From Candidatus Micrarchaeota archaeon (lineage in GTDB: Archaea; Micrarchaeota; Micrarchaeia; Norongarragalinales; SBBD01), in the NCBI GenBank assembly GCA_043806595.1, contig JAZDGU010000058.1, positions 1 through 21,360 of the forward strand: a DNA stretch of 21,360 nucleotides, written 5' to 3'. The translations under genes and the position numbers were made by a program. Position 1 is the first letter of the stretch. Each line of letters starts with the position of its first letter. The notes beneath the pieces were generated by a model that did not search any database, was not told where the DNA came from, and saw nothing but the letters and a program-made list of their open reading frames with translations. Shown here in pieces: positions 6,892 through 14,518 of this stretch.

Positions 6892-7644
6892 TCACTCCTT
6901 CTGCTTCTCGAGCGCGAAGTCGACGCCCTTCTCCTTCTCCATCTGGGCGGTGATCTTGGCGAGCGTCTTCTCCGCGTCCTTGTAGTTGCCCGCGGTTATG
7001 TCGACGTAGTAGTTGGGCGCGCCGAGGTAGCGCACCGAAATGCCCTTGCCGTGCTTGAGCACGCCATTGAGCGCGGCCTTCACCTTCTCGACGCCGTCGC
7101 CGTCGTTGCTCTGCAGTTTCAGCATGGCGCGGACCTTGACCTCCTTCTGCTTGATTTCTGCGTCGGCAATCTCCTTTATCGCCTGCGCCCACGCGGGCGG
7201 CACCTTCTCCTTGACGATGCCCTGCCTTATGCCGTCGAACGCGGTATACAGGTCGCCGTACTCGTGGATGAGCAGTTCCCCGATTTCCTTGAATGATTCC
7301 TTGGGGTTCTTCTTCAGCTTGAGCGCGGCGCGCTCGAACCACTTCTCGGCGCGCTTGCCCATCTGGTAGCTCTCGAGCTTGCGCTTGCGGTCGCCGTCGC
7401 CCACGCGCTTGAGGCTGAGGTCGATCTGGCGCTTGGAGGGGTCGACGTTGGATATGAGGGCGACGATCTTCTGCCCCTCCTTGACGTGCTCGCGTATGTT
7501 CTTGACCCAGCCGCTGCTGACCTCGCTGATGTGCAGGAACGCCTCGACGTCGGAGTATTCGTCCAAACCGCAGAACGCGCCGTAGGGCATTATCTTCCTG
7601 ACCGTCGCTATGACGTATTCGCCGGTCTCCGGGTAGCCCTGCAT
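6892..7644 (-). CDS. eif2a: Translation initiation factor aIF2 alpha subunit
   Basis: YPETGEYVIATV, YGAFCGLDEY, LHISEVSSGWVKNIR, QIDLSLKRV, DGVEKVK, YLGAP.Y...A.NYK.AEK. Confidence 0.97.
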   Translation of the reverse strand: MQGYPETGEYVIATVRKIMPYGAFCGLDEYSDVEAFLHISEVSSGWVKNIREHVKEGQKIVALISNVDPSKRQIDLSLKRVGDGDRKRKLESYQMGKRAEKWFERAALKLKKNPKESFKEIGELLIHEYGDLYTAFDGIRQGIVKEKVPPAWAQAIKEIADAEIKQKEVKVRAMLKLQSNDGDGVEKVKAALNGVLKHGKGISVRYLGAPNYYVDITAGNYKDAEKTLAKITAQMEKEKGVDFALEKQKE

Positions 7645-7663
7645 TTTTTTTCACGCGCTTCCT

Positions 7664-7825
7664 TCAGCTGAGCACTTCCAGGATGCGGCAGGTCACGCGC
7701 GCCCTGCCGCCCCTCGGCTGCACGAGCGGTTTGCCGCACTTCTTGCAGTCGACCGCGCTCTTGGAGTCGCCGAATACGACGGCGTTCTCCCCGCACTCGC
7801 AGACGACCTTCAAAAACCTGCTCAT
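7664..7825 (-). CDS. rps27e: 30S ribosomal protein S27e (53 aa; missed by the ORF track)
   Basis: Manual translation: MSRFLKVVCECGENAVVFGDSKSAVDCKKCGKPLVQPRGGRARVTCRILEVLS. Lies between rpl44e and aIF2alpha. Confidence 0.95.
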   Translation of the reverse strand: MSRFLKVVCECGENAVVFGDSKSAVDCKKCGKPLVQPRGGRARVTCRILEVLS

Positions 7826-7835
7826 CTTCCGCACC

Positions 7836-8123
7836 CTATTTCTGCGTCTCGGCCTTCTTCTTCATGCGGCCGCTTATGACCTGCTCGTGCTTCTTCTTGC
7901 ATTCGAGGCACTCGAGCATTATCTTGTTGCGTATTCCCTGCTTCTTGACCTTGGCCTTGCCCTTGACCTTGCCGTGGTATCCGGTGAGCTTCCTCTCGTG
8001 CTTGCGCGTGCCCCACGCGAGCGTGCGGCCGGCCTTGTACTTGCTCGTGGAGACCTTGACCTTGTGCTTCGTCGCTTTCCTGCAGTGCGGGCAGAACGTG
8101 TGCTTGTGCTTTGGGACAATCAT
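7836..8123 (-). CDS. rpl44e: 50S ribosomal protein L44e (eL42)
   Basis: PK...TFCPHCRKAT.HKV, GRTLAWGTR, GY.G, LECLECKK zinc ribbon. Highly basic. Confidence 0.96.
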   Translation of the reverse strand: MIVPKHKHTFCPHCRKATKHKVKVSTSKYKAGRTLAWGTRKHERKLTGYHGKVKGKAKVKKQGIRNKIMLECLECKKKHEQVISGRMKKKAETQK

Positions 8124-8179
8124 GCCTATGACCTCGCGGACTCTCGTAGCAAGAGTAGAACAGTTATCCCCTGGAAGAC

Positions 8180-8186
8180 TTATAAG
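8180..8186 (-). promoter_or_regulatory. TATA box for rpl44e-rps27e-aIF2alpha
   Basis: Minus strand CCTTATAAG, about 57 nt upstream of the rpl44e ATG, in the gins51-rpl44e gap. Confidence 0.5.
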
Positions 8187-8207
8187 GCTATCGTGGGGGA
8201 AACTCCA

Positions 8208-8873
8208 CTAGGCCTTCGTTTCGCGCCCGATGCCGTCCGTGTCGATCTGCTCGACCGCGTCGTCTATGGCCTTCTTGGACTCGGTGCGCTCGTCGTACTC
8301 CCCGGCGGCTCCCTTCCTGACGAGGATTTCGGCGACCTCCTTCTTCACCGAGGCGACCTTGCCGGCCTCGTACGGCCCGTAGGAGGTGCCGTCGAGGCCC
8401 ACGAACTGGGGCACGGCCACCGCGAACTTCAGCTTGAGGGAGTCCGCGGGCGGCTCCGGCTTCTCCTCGGCCGCGGTCTGGAGGTCGACGGCAATCGGCT
8501 GCGCCTCGGGCTTCTCCCGGCCGGCTGGTGATGCAGCGGTCTCCTCGAACTCCTTGAGGCCCCCGACTATCCCCACGTAGAGCGCCTTCTCCTCCTTTGC
8601 AAGGCCGTCGCTCGACACCGCGCCGTTCCTGTAGTCCTTCAGCGCCTTGAGCAGAATCTTCTGCTCGCGCTTGAGCCTCACCTCGTCGAGTATCTTCTTG
8701 GAGTTCTCGAAGACCTTCATGCGCTCGATGGTGAACCCCGACTTGAGCGCCCTCTGCTGTTCCAATATCCAGAGCGAGTAGCTCTCGTAGAAGTCGTCCT
8801 GCAGCGCGCTGAGCGCGCCGAAGTTCCTCTCCTGCAGCTGGACCTTCCGCAATGCCTCGAAGCTCAGTTCCAT
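8208..8873 (-). CDS. gins51: DNA replication factor GINS subunit (Gins51/Gins15, A-B domain order)
   Basis: ER....LS.L..DFY, R..REQKIL..A, L..EEKALY, a Pro/Glu linker, then a B domain VPQFVGLDGTSYGPYEAG.VASV...VAEILVRKGAA. Adjacent to rpl44e as in the known archaeal cluster. ATG 8873 with GGTGG SD (alternative GTG at 8882). Confidence 0.88.
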   Translation of the reverse strand: MELSFEALRKVQLQERNFGALSALQDDFYESYSLWILEQQRALKSGFTIERMKVFENSKKILDEVRLKREQKILLKALKDYRNGAVSSDGLAKEEKALYVGIVGGLKEFEETAASPAGREKPEAQPIAVDLQTAAEEKPEPPADSLKLKFAVAVPQFVGLDGTSYGPYEAGKVASVKKEVAEILVRKGAAGEYDERTESKKAIDDAVEQIDTDGIGRETKA

Positions 8874-8874
8874 G

Positions 8875-9810
8875 TCAGCCACCGCCCTTCTTGCCGTTCT
8901 TGTCCATGAGTTCCTTCTGTTTCTCGGTGTAGGCCGCCAGCAGGCCCTCGAGCGCGTCGTCGTAGGAGATCTTGCCCTTGTGCAGTTTCGAGGACAGGCC
9001 CGCGGCGAGGCTGGTCAGCTCGAGGGGGAAGATAATCTTGTTGCTCTTGCCCTGCGCGATCTTCTTGAGGGCGTCGATGTAGAGCACTGTGAGCGTCTTG
9101 TCGCTTATCTTGCTCACCGCCTTGTCGAGCGTCTCTATCGCGACCTGGCGCGCGAGCGCCTCCGTCTCGAGCTTCTGCTTGTACTCCTCGGCGGCCTTCC
9201 TCCTCGTCTGCGCGTCGATCAGGTCCCGGGGTATCTCGATGGACTCTATCTCGGCCTTGATCACCTGGAAGCCCCACTCGTCCTCGAGCCTCTTGAGTAT
9301 TATCACGAGCTGCGAGTTTATCGTCACCGCCTCCTCGATGAGTTCCTTGAGCGTCGTGCGGCCGGAGATGCTCCTGATTTCGGCCTCGAGCACCTTGGTT
9401 ATCGACGCCTCGAGGTCCTTGACCTCGAGAACCGCGCGCTTGGGGTTGACTATCTTGATGTAGCTGACCGCGTCGATGGTGAGCGTGATGTTGTCCTTCG
9501 TGGTGACCTGCTGCCTTCCGGTGTCGATTGTCTTGGTGCGGAGGTCGACGGGCGTGAAGCTCTCGAATGCCGGAAAGAGCACGACCCAGCCAGGCCCGGC
9601 GACCTTGTGGAACCGGCCGAAGCGGAACATCACGCCCCGCTCGTATTCCTTGAATTCCTTGATGCGCGGCGAGAGGTATGCGAGCGCCACGAGCACGGCT
9701 ATTCCGAGTATCACGAGGAACGGGTTCATCAGCTTGGCGGAGACGGCGTAGACGAGGACGGCGAGGAACGCGAGGATTGCGACGAAGACTGCGACTTCCC
9801 TGCTGGCCAT
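8875..9810 (-). CDS. Stomatin-like SPFH/band 7 membrane protein (paralogue 2, two N-terminal TM helices)
   Basis: Two hydrophobic segments, EYERGVMFRFGRF, GPGW, VDLR, QVTTKDN, EWGFQV, LKKIAQGKSNKIIFPLEL. Start set at ATG 9810. Confidence 0.93.
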   Translation of the reverse strand: MASREVAVFVAILAFLAVLVYAVSAKLMNPFLVILGIAVLVALAYLSPRIKEFKEYERGVMFRFGRFHKVAGPGWVVLFPAFESFTPVDLRTKTIDTGRQQVTTKDNITLTIDAVSYIKIVNPKRAVLEVKDLEASITKVLEAEIRSISGRTTLKELIEEAVTINSQLVIILKRLEDEWGFQVIKAEIESIEIPRDLIDAQTRRKAAEEYKQKLETEALARQVAIETLDKAVSKISDKTLTVLYIDALKKIAQGKSNKIIFPLELTSLAAGLSSKLHKGKISYDDALEGLLAAYTEKQKELMDKNGKKGGG

Positions 9811-9836
9811 GGAAACCCCCTTTCCCCCGTGGGCCG

Positions 9837-10505
9837 TCAAGTCCTCTCGAACTCTTCGGTCCAGACGAACTTTGTGATTTCAGGAATATAAAGCATCGCG
9901 TTCTGCAGGAGGAGAACCTTGCGGTCGCCGTAGCCCTTCTTCGAGAGCGCGGGCATGCCCGCCCTCGTCTCCGCGACGCCGTCCTTGAGCGTGACCGTCA
10001 GGCCCCCTTGGAATACTTCGTCCGCGAGCGCGCCCGCCTTCTCGGCCGCTTCAGTAATCCTCTTCTTGACCGTGAACTCGTAGGACACCTCCCTGCCTGC
10101 GAGCTCGTGGTTGAGGTCCACCCGGACCCTGCCGCCGCTCACGCTCTGCACCCTCCCGCGGAAGTCGTCGAGGGCGACCTGCAGGCCGGGCACCGGGTCG
10201 ATGCCCTGCTCGCGGAACTTCTGGAGCGGCAGCAGCTTGACGAGGGACTCGTCGCGCTCTCCGAATGCCTCGGCGGGCTTCAGGTTCGCCTGCAGCTTCT
10301 TCCCGATCTCGGCGTTCAGGAGGGCGTTCTTGAAGCCCTGTATGAACCGCGGGTCCTGGAGCATGACGAGGGATTCGCCGTAGCGCTTGTTCTCGTCATA
10401 TATGCCGGCCTTCCTCGCCTCCTCGGCGTCGGTCGAGTCTATGAGGGCGCCGTCCTTTCCGCGCACCGAGAACTCCACCTTCAGGAAATCCTTTTCGTCG
10501 AACAT
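9837..10505 (-). CDS. Long-type archaeal FKBP peptidyl-prolyl isomerase (SlyD-like)
   Basis: DF.KVEF, IDST..E.A.KAGIY, PAEAFGERD, F...GIDPVPG, V.SVSGGRVRVDLNHELAG, plus a C-terminal extension. Confidence 0.93.
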   Translation of the reverse strand: MFDEKDFLKVEFSVRGKDGALIDSTDAEEARKAGIYDENKRYGESLVMLQDPRFIQGFKNALLNAEIGKKLQANLKPAEAFGERDESLVKLLPLQKFREQGIDPVPGLQVALDDFRGRVQSVSGGRVRVDLNHELAGREVSYEFTVKKRITEAAEKAGALADEVFQGGLTVTLKDGVAETRAGMPALSKKGYGDRKVLLLQNAMLYIPEITKFVWTEEFERT

Positions 10506-10526
10506 GGCCTACCCCCTCACCAAAGC

Positions 10527-10587
10527 AAAAGCGTTTTAAACGAATTCAGGGATTAACTCTTGCAACCCAATCAATTTAAACCTTTAT
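10527..10587. promoter_or_regulatory. Divergent BRE/TATA promoter pair
   Basis: Plus strand AAAAGCGTTTTAAA (10527-10540) and minus strand AAAGGTTTAAAT (about 10585-10574), between the FKBP and glycoprotein genes. Confidence 0.5.
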
Positions 10588-10604
10588 TCGAGGGGACGCC
10601 TGGA

Positions 10605-11990
10605 ATGAAAAGATCAACGATACTGCGCTGGTTCACGATCGCGATGATAGTGCTGTTCGTCGCCGAAATAATCTTCATCGGCGTCAACCAAAGCGGCCAG
10701 GGCAACGACCAGCCTACCCCTACCCCGCCCGTCATCACCGCGGCTCCGCAGGCGGAGTTCAACGGCAACGCGCTCGCGATGGCGGGTGTCGCGGGCCTCG
10801 GAGACGAGCTGCTGGTTCGCTGCAACTCCTCCTCCGCATACGCCCTGATGCTGGGCGCGCCGAACGTGACCGGCGTGACCTCGGACACGGAGAGGGGCAT
10901 ATACGACGTCTCGCTCGTGCGCGGCACCGACGCGCTCGAGGTCTCGCGCATCCTGAACCGGCTTCTCGCCAACCTTTGCGACGTTTCCGTGATGAGGTTC
11001 GCCTTCCTCTCGTTCAACGATTCGGTCATGTTCTCCTCGCAGACGGACAACGCCTCGCAGAGCCTACCCCCGCAGGCGTTCTCCTGCCTCTCCGACCAGA
11101 GCGGGAGGTGCTTCGCCCTCGTCAACCCGACCACGCGCGCCGGCGACCATATCGAGGTCTCGATGTTCGTAAGGCTTGTGGGAGGGGACCTCGAGCGCCT
11201 GCTCGTGCAGGAGCAGCAGAGCCCCATCAGCTCCGTCAAGACGATTCCGGCGCAGGGCACGGTCGCATCCCTCGAGCCGTTGACCGCAGCCTTCGCGGAC
11301 ATCCCGTGGGCAAAACGGCAGGTCGACCAGGAAGCCGTGGAGGCCGCGCTGGGCGTGGGCATCGAGGAATTCAACTACTTCCCCGACTCCTCCTTCTCAC
11401 TGCCGCTGCAGGACAACGACACCGCGGATGCGCTTGGGAACCTCTCGTTCGCGGAGTCGGTGTCTCAGAGGGAGACGGAGACGCTGGTCTTCGTCGCGGG
11501 GAACTTCTCGGACGAGGCGCTCGCGAAGTCCTCGCTTTTGCTGCTCGGCGTGAATGCCACCCCCGTTTTCCCAGTGTCGAAGCTCTCGCTCCTCGCGAAC
11601 ACCAGCGACGAGAACGCCACGGCTGCTGCCCTCGAGGAATTTTTCGGCGTCCCCGTCGTCATAAAGCGCGCCGCTTCCGTGGAATTGGCCGACGTCCCCT
11701 CTCTTGAGAAGGAGCTCGGCGCGTCCTTCGGCAACCAGACGGGCACGCAGATGCTAGTACCCGCAGGCTTGGAGGAAGGGGATTTGCTGGGCCTAGATTT
11801 GACGGTATTCATAACTCTCGGGGAGATCGGCTCGTTCAGCGCCTCGGTGTCGGAGGTAATCCCCGCGCCGGAAGCCACGCCGACTCCAACGCCAGCGGAA
11901 GACGAGTCCGATGCAAGCCCGTCGCCGTCAGCAGTTCCGACGGCCAGTCCGGATGCCAGCCCTTCGGGCAATTCGACCAACTCATCCTAG
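10605..11990 (+). CDS. Membrane-anchored, acidic surface glycoprotein of unknown function
   Basis: Basic N-terminus plus a TM helix (WFTIAMIVLFVAEIIFIGV), PTPTP linker, about 14 N-x-S/T sequons, 4 Cys, and a Pro/Ser/Thr-rich tail. Start set at ATG 10605. Confidence 0.75.
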   Translation: MKRSTILRWFTIAMIVLFVAEIIFIGVNQSGQGNDQPTPTPPVITAAPQAEFNGNALAMAGVAGLGDELLVRCNSSSAYALMLGAPNVTGVTSDTERGIYDVSLVRGTDALEVSRILNRLLANLCDVSVMRFAFLSFNDSVMFSSQTDNASQSLPPQAFSCLSDQSGRCFALVNPTTRAGDHIEVSMFVRLVGGDLERLLVQEQQSPISSVKTIPAQGTVASLEPLTAAFADIPWAKRQVDQEAVEAALGVGIEEFNYFPDSSFSLPLQDNDTADALGNLSFAESVSQRETETLVFVAGNFSDEALAKSSLLLLGVNATPVFPVSKLSLLANTSDENATAAALEEFFGVPVVIKRAASVELADVPSLEKELGASFGNQTGTQMLVPAGLEEGDLLGLDLTVFITLGEIGSFSASVSEVIPAPEATPTPTPAEDESDASPSPSAVPTASPDASPSGNSTNSS

Positions 11991-14023
11991 GCCTTCTTCT
12001 TCCTCTTTCTGCCGCGGGACCTTGAAGCAGGTTTCTTCTCCGGCTTATCTTCTGCGGCCGGCTCCTCCTCCGGAGCCTCGGGCTCTGCCTCCTTTTGTGC
12101 TTCCGCGGGGGGCTTCTCCTCCTTCCCGGCGGGGCGCGCGGAATACTTCTCCCTAAGGCGGTCGTAGTTGCGCTCGCTTATCCTCCCCTCGACGAGCAGC
12201 TCGTCCAGCCTTTCGAGCTTCCTTCTGGCGTCGTCCTCCCTCTGCTCCCGGCTTGAAGTCATCCTCCTGCCGACGGAGAAGGCGAGCACGGCAATGAGCA
12301 CTACTATCGCGGCAAGCAGGAGCAGCGCTATGTCCCTTGCGGAATTCTGCTGAGGTACACTCGCCGAAACCGACACGACAATCTGCGCGGACGCCTCCGG
12401 GGTGATCGTCGGCCGGTAGCTCGGCCTCGGCGTCGCCTCGGGCGCGCTCGAGGCGTTTGCGAACAGCTCCTCGATGTACGCGCTCAGCCTCAGCATCTTG
12501 ACGGCGTTCACCAGGTATTCGCTCTGCTGCGTGCGGTTGGCCTCCTGCACGTAATAATACCCGTGCGCCTCGTAGAGCTCCGCGAAGGGGGACGTTGTCT
12601 CGAGCCTGTCCTTGGGCACGCACTCTTCCGCAGTCGTCCTGTTATCGCACACGTACTCGAACATCTCGGAGAACGTCATCCCGCCGGTCTCCTCGTTGGC
12701 GTCGGAGAATGCCATCACGAATTCGGCGTTGAGAGCCGCGGTCAGGTAGTCGGAGTTCTGGAACGCCTCCTTGGCTGACTCGAGGTTGTCCCTGTCCTCG
12801 TCCTCGAGCATGCCGTCGTCGTTCCTCTGGTCCGCCTCGGCGAGCAGTTCGGATGCGGCGTCGCGGAACGCGAGCTCGCTTATCTTCCTGCCCCCGATGT
12901 TTTCCGCGACGGCGTTCATCTTCCTCGCCGCCAAGATCCAATACTTTGCCAATGCGTAGTCCTCGACGACGAAGGCCGCGGGGAGCATGCGCGCCTTCCT
13001 CGTGCCGTCCCCGAGCCTGCGCGACGCCCAGTACCACCGCATCTTCGCGGCGGCGAGCCATTCCGCGTTCTCCGCGGTAGGCTCCGCGAACGCTATCGCG
13101 TCCCTCTCCGCCTCCAGGTCCTTGAAGAGCTTCACCATCTCCTCCTTCGAGGCGTTGAGCAATCCGTTCTCCTCGAGCGCGACGGTGGTGAGGAACGCAG
13201 TGTTCGCGGCCGAATACCAGTACCCGTTCTCCCACATCTTACGCGACGTGCCGACGGCCTCGCGGGCGGCAACCGCTATCGCCGTCTTCTGGTCCTTGAG
13301 CCCGGAAGCGAGCCTTGAGGCCTCGTCGACCTGCTCCTTCGCTATCCTGCGGAAGGGCTCGGCCGTTTCCGTGACGGGAAACTCCGCGAGCGCGAGCGGC
13401 GGCAGCACCTCCTCCTTAACCTCGAGCACTGTGCCCTCCTCGGTAGTGGCGAATTTTATCGCCTCGCCGATGTCCTTCACCTCGACGACCTGCACCCCCT
13501 CCTTCCTGCCGTATTCGCGGAGGTCGACGCCGTTCTGTATTGCCTGCCCCTTCGGCACGAGGAATACCTTGAACTTGCGGCTTTCCACGATTGCAACAGT
13601 CTTCTCGAAGACGCCGCCCACCTTCCCCATTGAGCCGTCCCTCTCTATGGTGCCCGTAATCGTGAGGTCCGCGCGGAGCTTGGCCTTCGAGAACTCGGAG
13701 TATGTGAGCAGCGCCATCGCGGCGCCCGCGGAAGGGCCGTCGACAATCTCCGCATCCGACTTGATCTTGAACAGCACGTCGTACTTCGTCTGGTCGACGC
13801 CGGCCTCGTCCGCGGCAATCTTGACCGCGAGCTTCTCCGACTGCTGCGTGTCGACGCCGGTGAGCGGCGTGACCGCCACGAATATCTCGTTCTTGCCCGG
13901 CACGGCGCGCGCCTCGACGAGCGTGAGGCCGCCCTTGCCGTCGGCGTTCACCGCCGGCGCGTACATGGACGCCGCCTGCGCGGCTACAAGAATCGCGAGA
14001 GCGAAAAGCACTGCCTGTCTCAT
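11987..14023 (-). CDS. Membrane-anchored S16 (Lon-like) serine protease without AAA domain
   Basis: Signal peptide, PAV...G.G, VDGPSAGAAM (catalytic Ser), TITGTI..DG..GKVGGV.EK (catalytic Lys), FLVPKGQ. Then a helical region with YSAA, a C-terminal TM helix and a SHOCT-like motif. Confidence 0.9.
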   Translation of the reverse strand: MRQAVLFALAILVAAQAASMYAPAVNADGKGGLTLVEARAVPGKNEIFVAVTPLTGVDTQQSEKLAVKIAADEAGVDQTKYDVLFKIKSDAEIVDGPSAGAAMALLTYSEFSKAKLRADLTITGTIERDGSMGKVGGVFEKTVAIVESRKFKVFLVPKGQAIQNGVDLREYGRKEGVQVVEVKDIGEAIKFATTEEGTVLEVKEEVLPPLALAEFPVTETAEPFRRIAKEQVDEASRLASGLKDQKTAIAVAAREAVGTSRKMWENGYWYSAANTAFLTTVALEENGLLNASKEEMVKLFKDLEAERDAIAFAEPTAENAEWLAAAKMRWYWASRRLGDGTRKARMLPAAFVVEDYALAKYWILAARKMNAVAENIGGRKISELAFRDAASELLAEADQRNDDGMLEDEDRDNLESAKEAFQNSDYLTAALNAEFVMAFSDANEETGGMTFSEMFEYVCDNRTTAEECVPKDRLETTSPFAELYEAHGYYYVQEANRTQQSEYLVNAVKMLRLSAYIEELFANASSAPEATPRPSYRPTITPEASAQIVVSVSASVPQQNSARDIALLLLAAIVVLIAVLAFSVGRRMTSSREQREDDARRKLERLDELLVEGRISERNYDRLREKYSARPAGKEEKPPAEAQKEAEPEAPEEEPAAEDKPEKKPASRSRGRKRKKKA

Positions 14024-14122
14024 GGACCCCTATCCCCCGGTTGCGTTTGAAAAGACGGAAGTTCTCAGATGGCGGATTATGAATAAAAACGCTTGGTTTT
14101 CCTTAGACTCCCATGCGTCCCT

Positions 14123-14413
14123 TCACTTGCCGAGGCTGGCCTTCGCGGCCCTGAAGTCGTTCGAGTGCATCGCGAAGCCGAACACGTCCGAGTTCCCGAA
14201 CATGTCGAAGTATTTCAGCTCTACGGCGACGCGGTTGAGCGAGAGGTCCCCTGTCTTCTCGAAGGACACGATGTTGCTCCTGACGAACTCGCTCGCCTTC
14301 CCCATGCTCAGCCTCGCGGAGTCGCCCGAGATTTCGAGCCTGCCCGTGCCGCCGGTGTAGAACACCGTGTACGACTCCGCCGGTTTCCCGGATTCAGCAG
14401 GTCTCCTGATCAT
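14123..14413 (-). CDS. Small hypothetical protein (beta-rich with a C-terminal helix)
   Basis: 96-99 aa ORF with genome-typical codon usage, filling the gap between genes. Minus-strand GAAAAGTTATTAA promoter-like motif upstream. Alternative GTG start at 14422. Confidence 0.65.
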   Translation of the reverse strand: MIRRPAESGKPAESYTVFYTGGTGRLEISGDSARLSMGKASEFVRSNIVSFEKTGDLSLNRVAVELKYFDMFGNSDVFGFAMHSNDFRAAKASLGK

Positions 14414-14518
14414 GCCAACCACCGTTTTTCCCTTACCTGCCTTCTGCAGGGATTCGGTTAATAACTTTTCCCCGGCGCCGCCGCAATCCTTTTAACCGCC
14501 CTCGGCGTTCCTGCGTGC

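Noticed and set aside
6782..7654. 290-aa alternative-frame ORF and the A8 run before the aIF2alpha ATG as a programmed frameshift or phase-variation site
   Set aside because: aIF2alpha is complete from ATG 7644. The alternative frame is Arg/Gly-rich junk and the run lies in the intergenic spacer.
11870..11990. ASP/TP repeats as a DNA tandem repeat or CRISPR array
   Set aside because: Degenerate, protein-level low complexity. No repeat-spacer periodicity was seen anywhere in the window.
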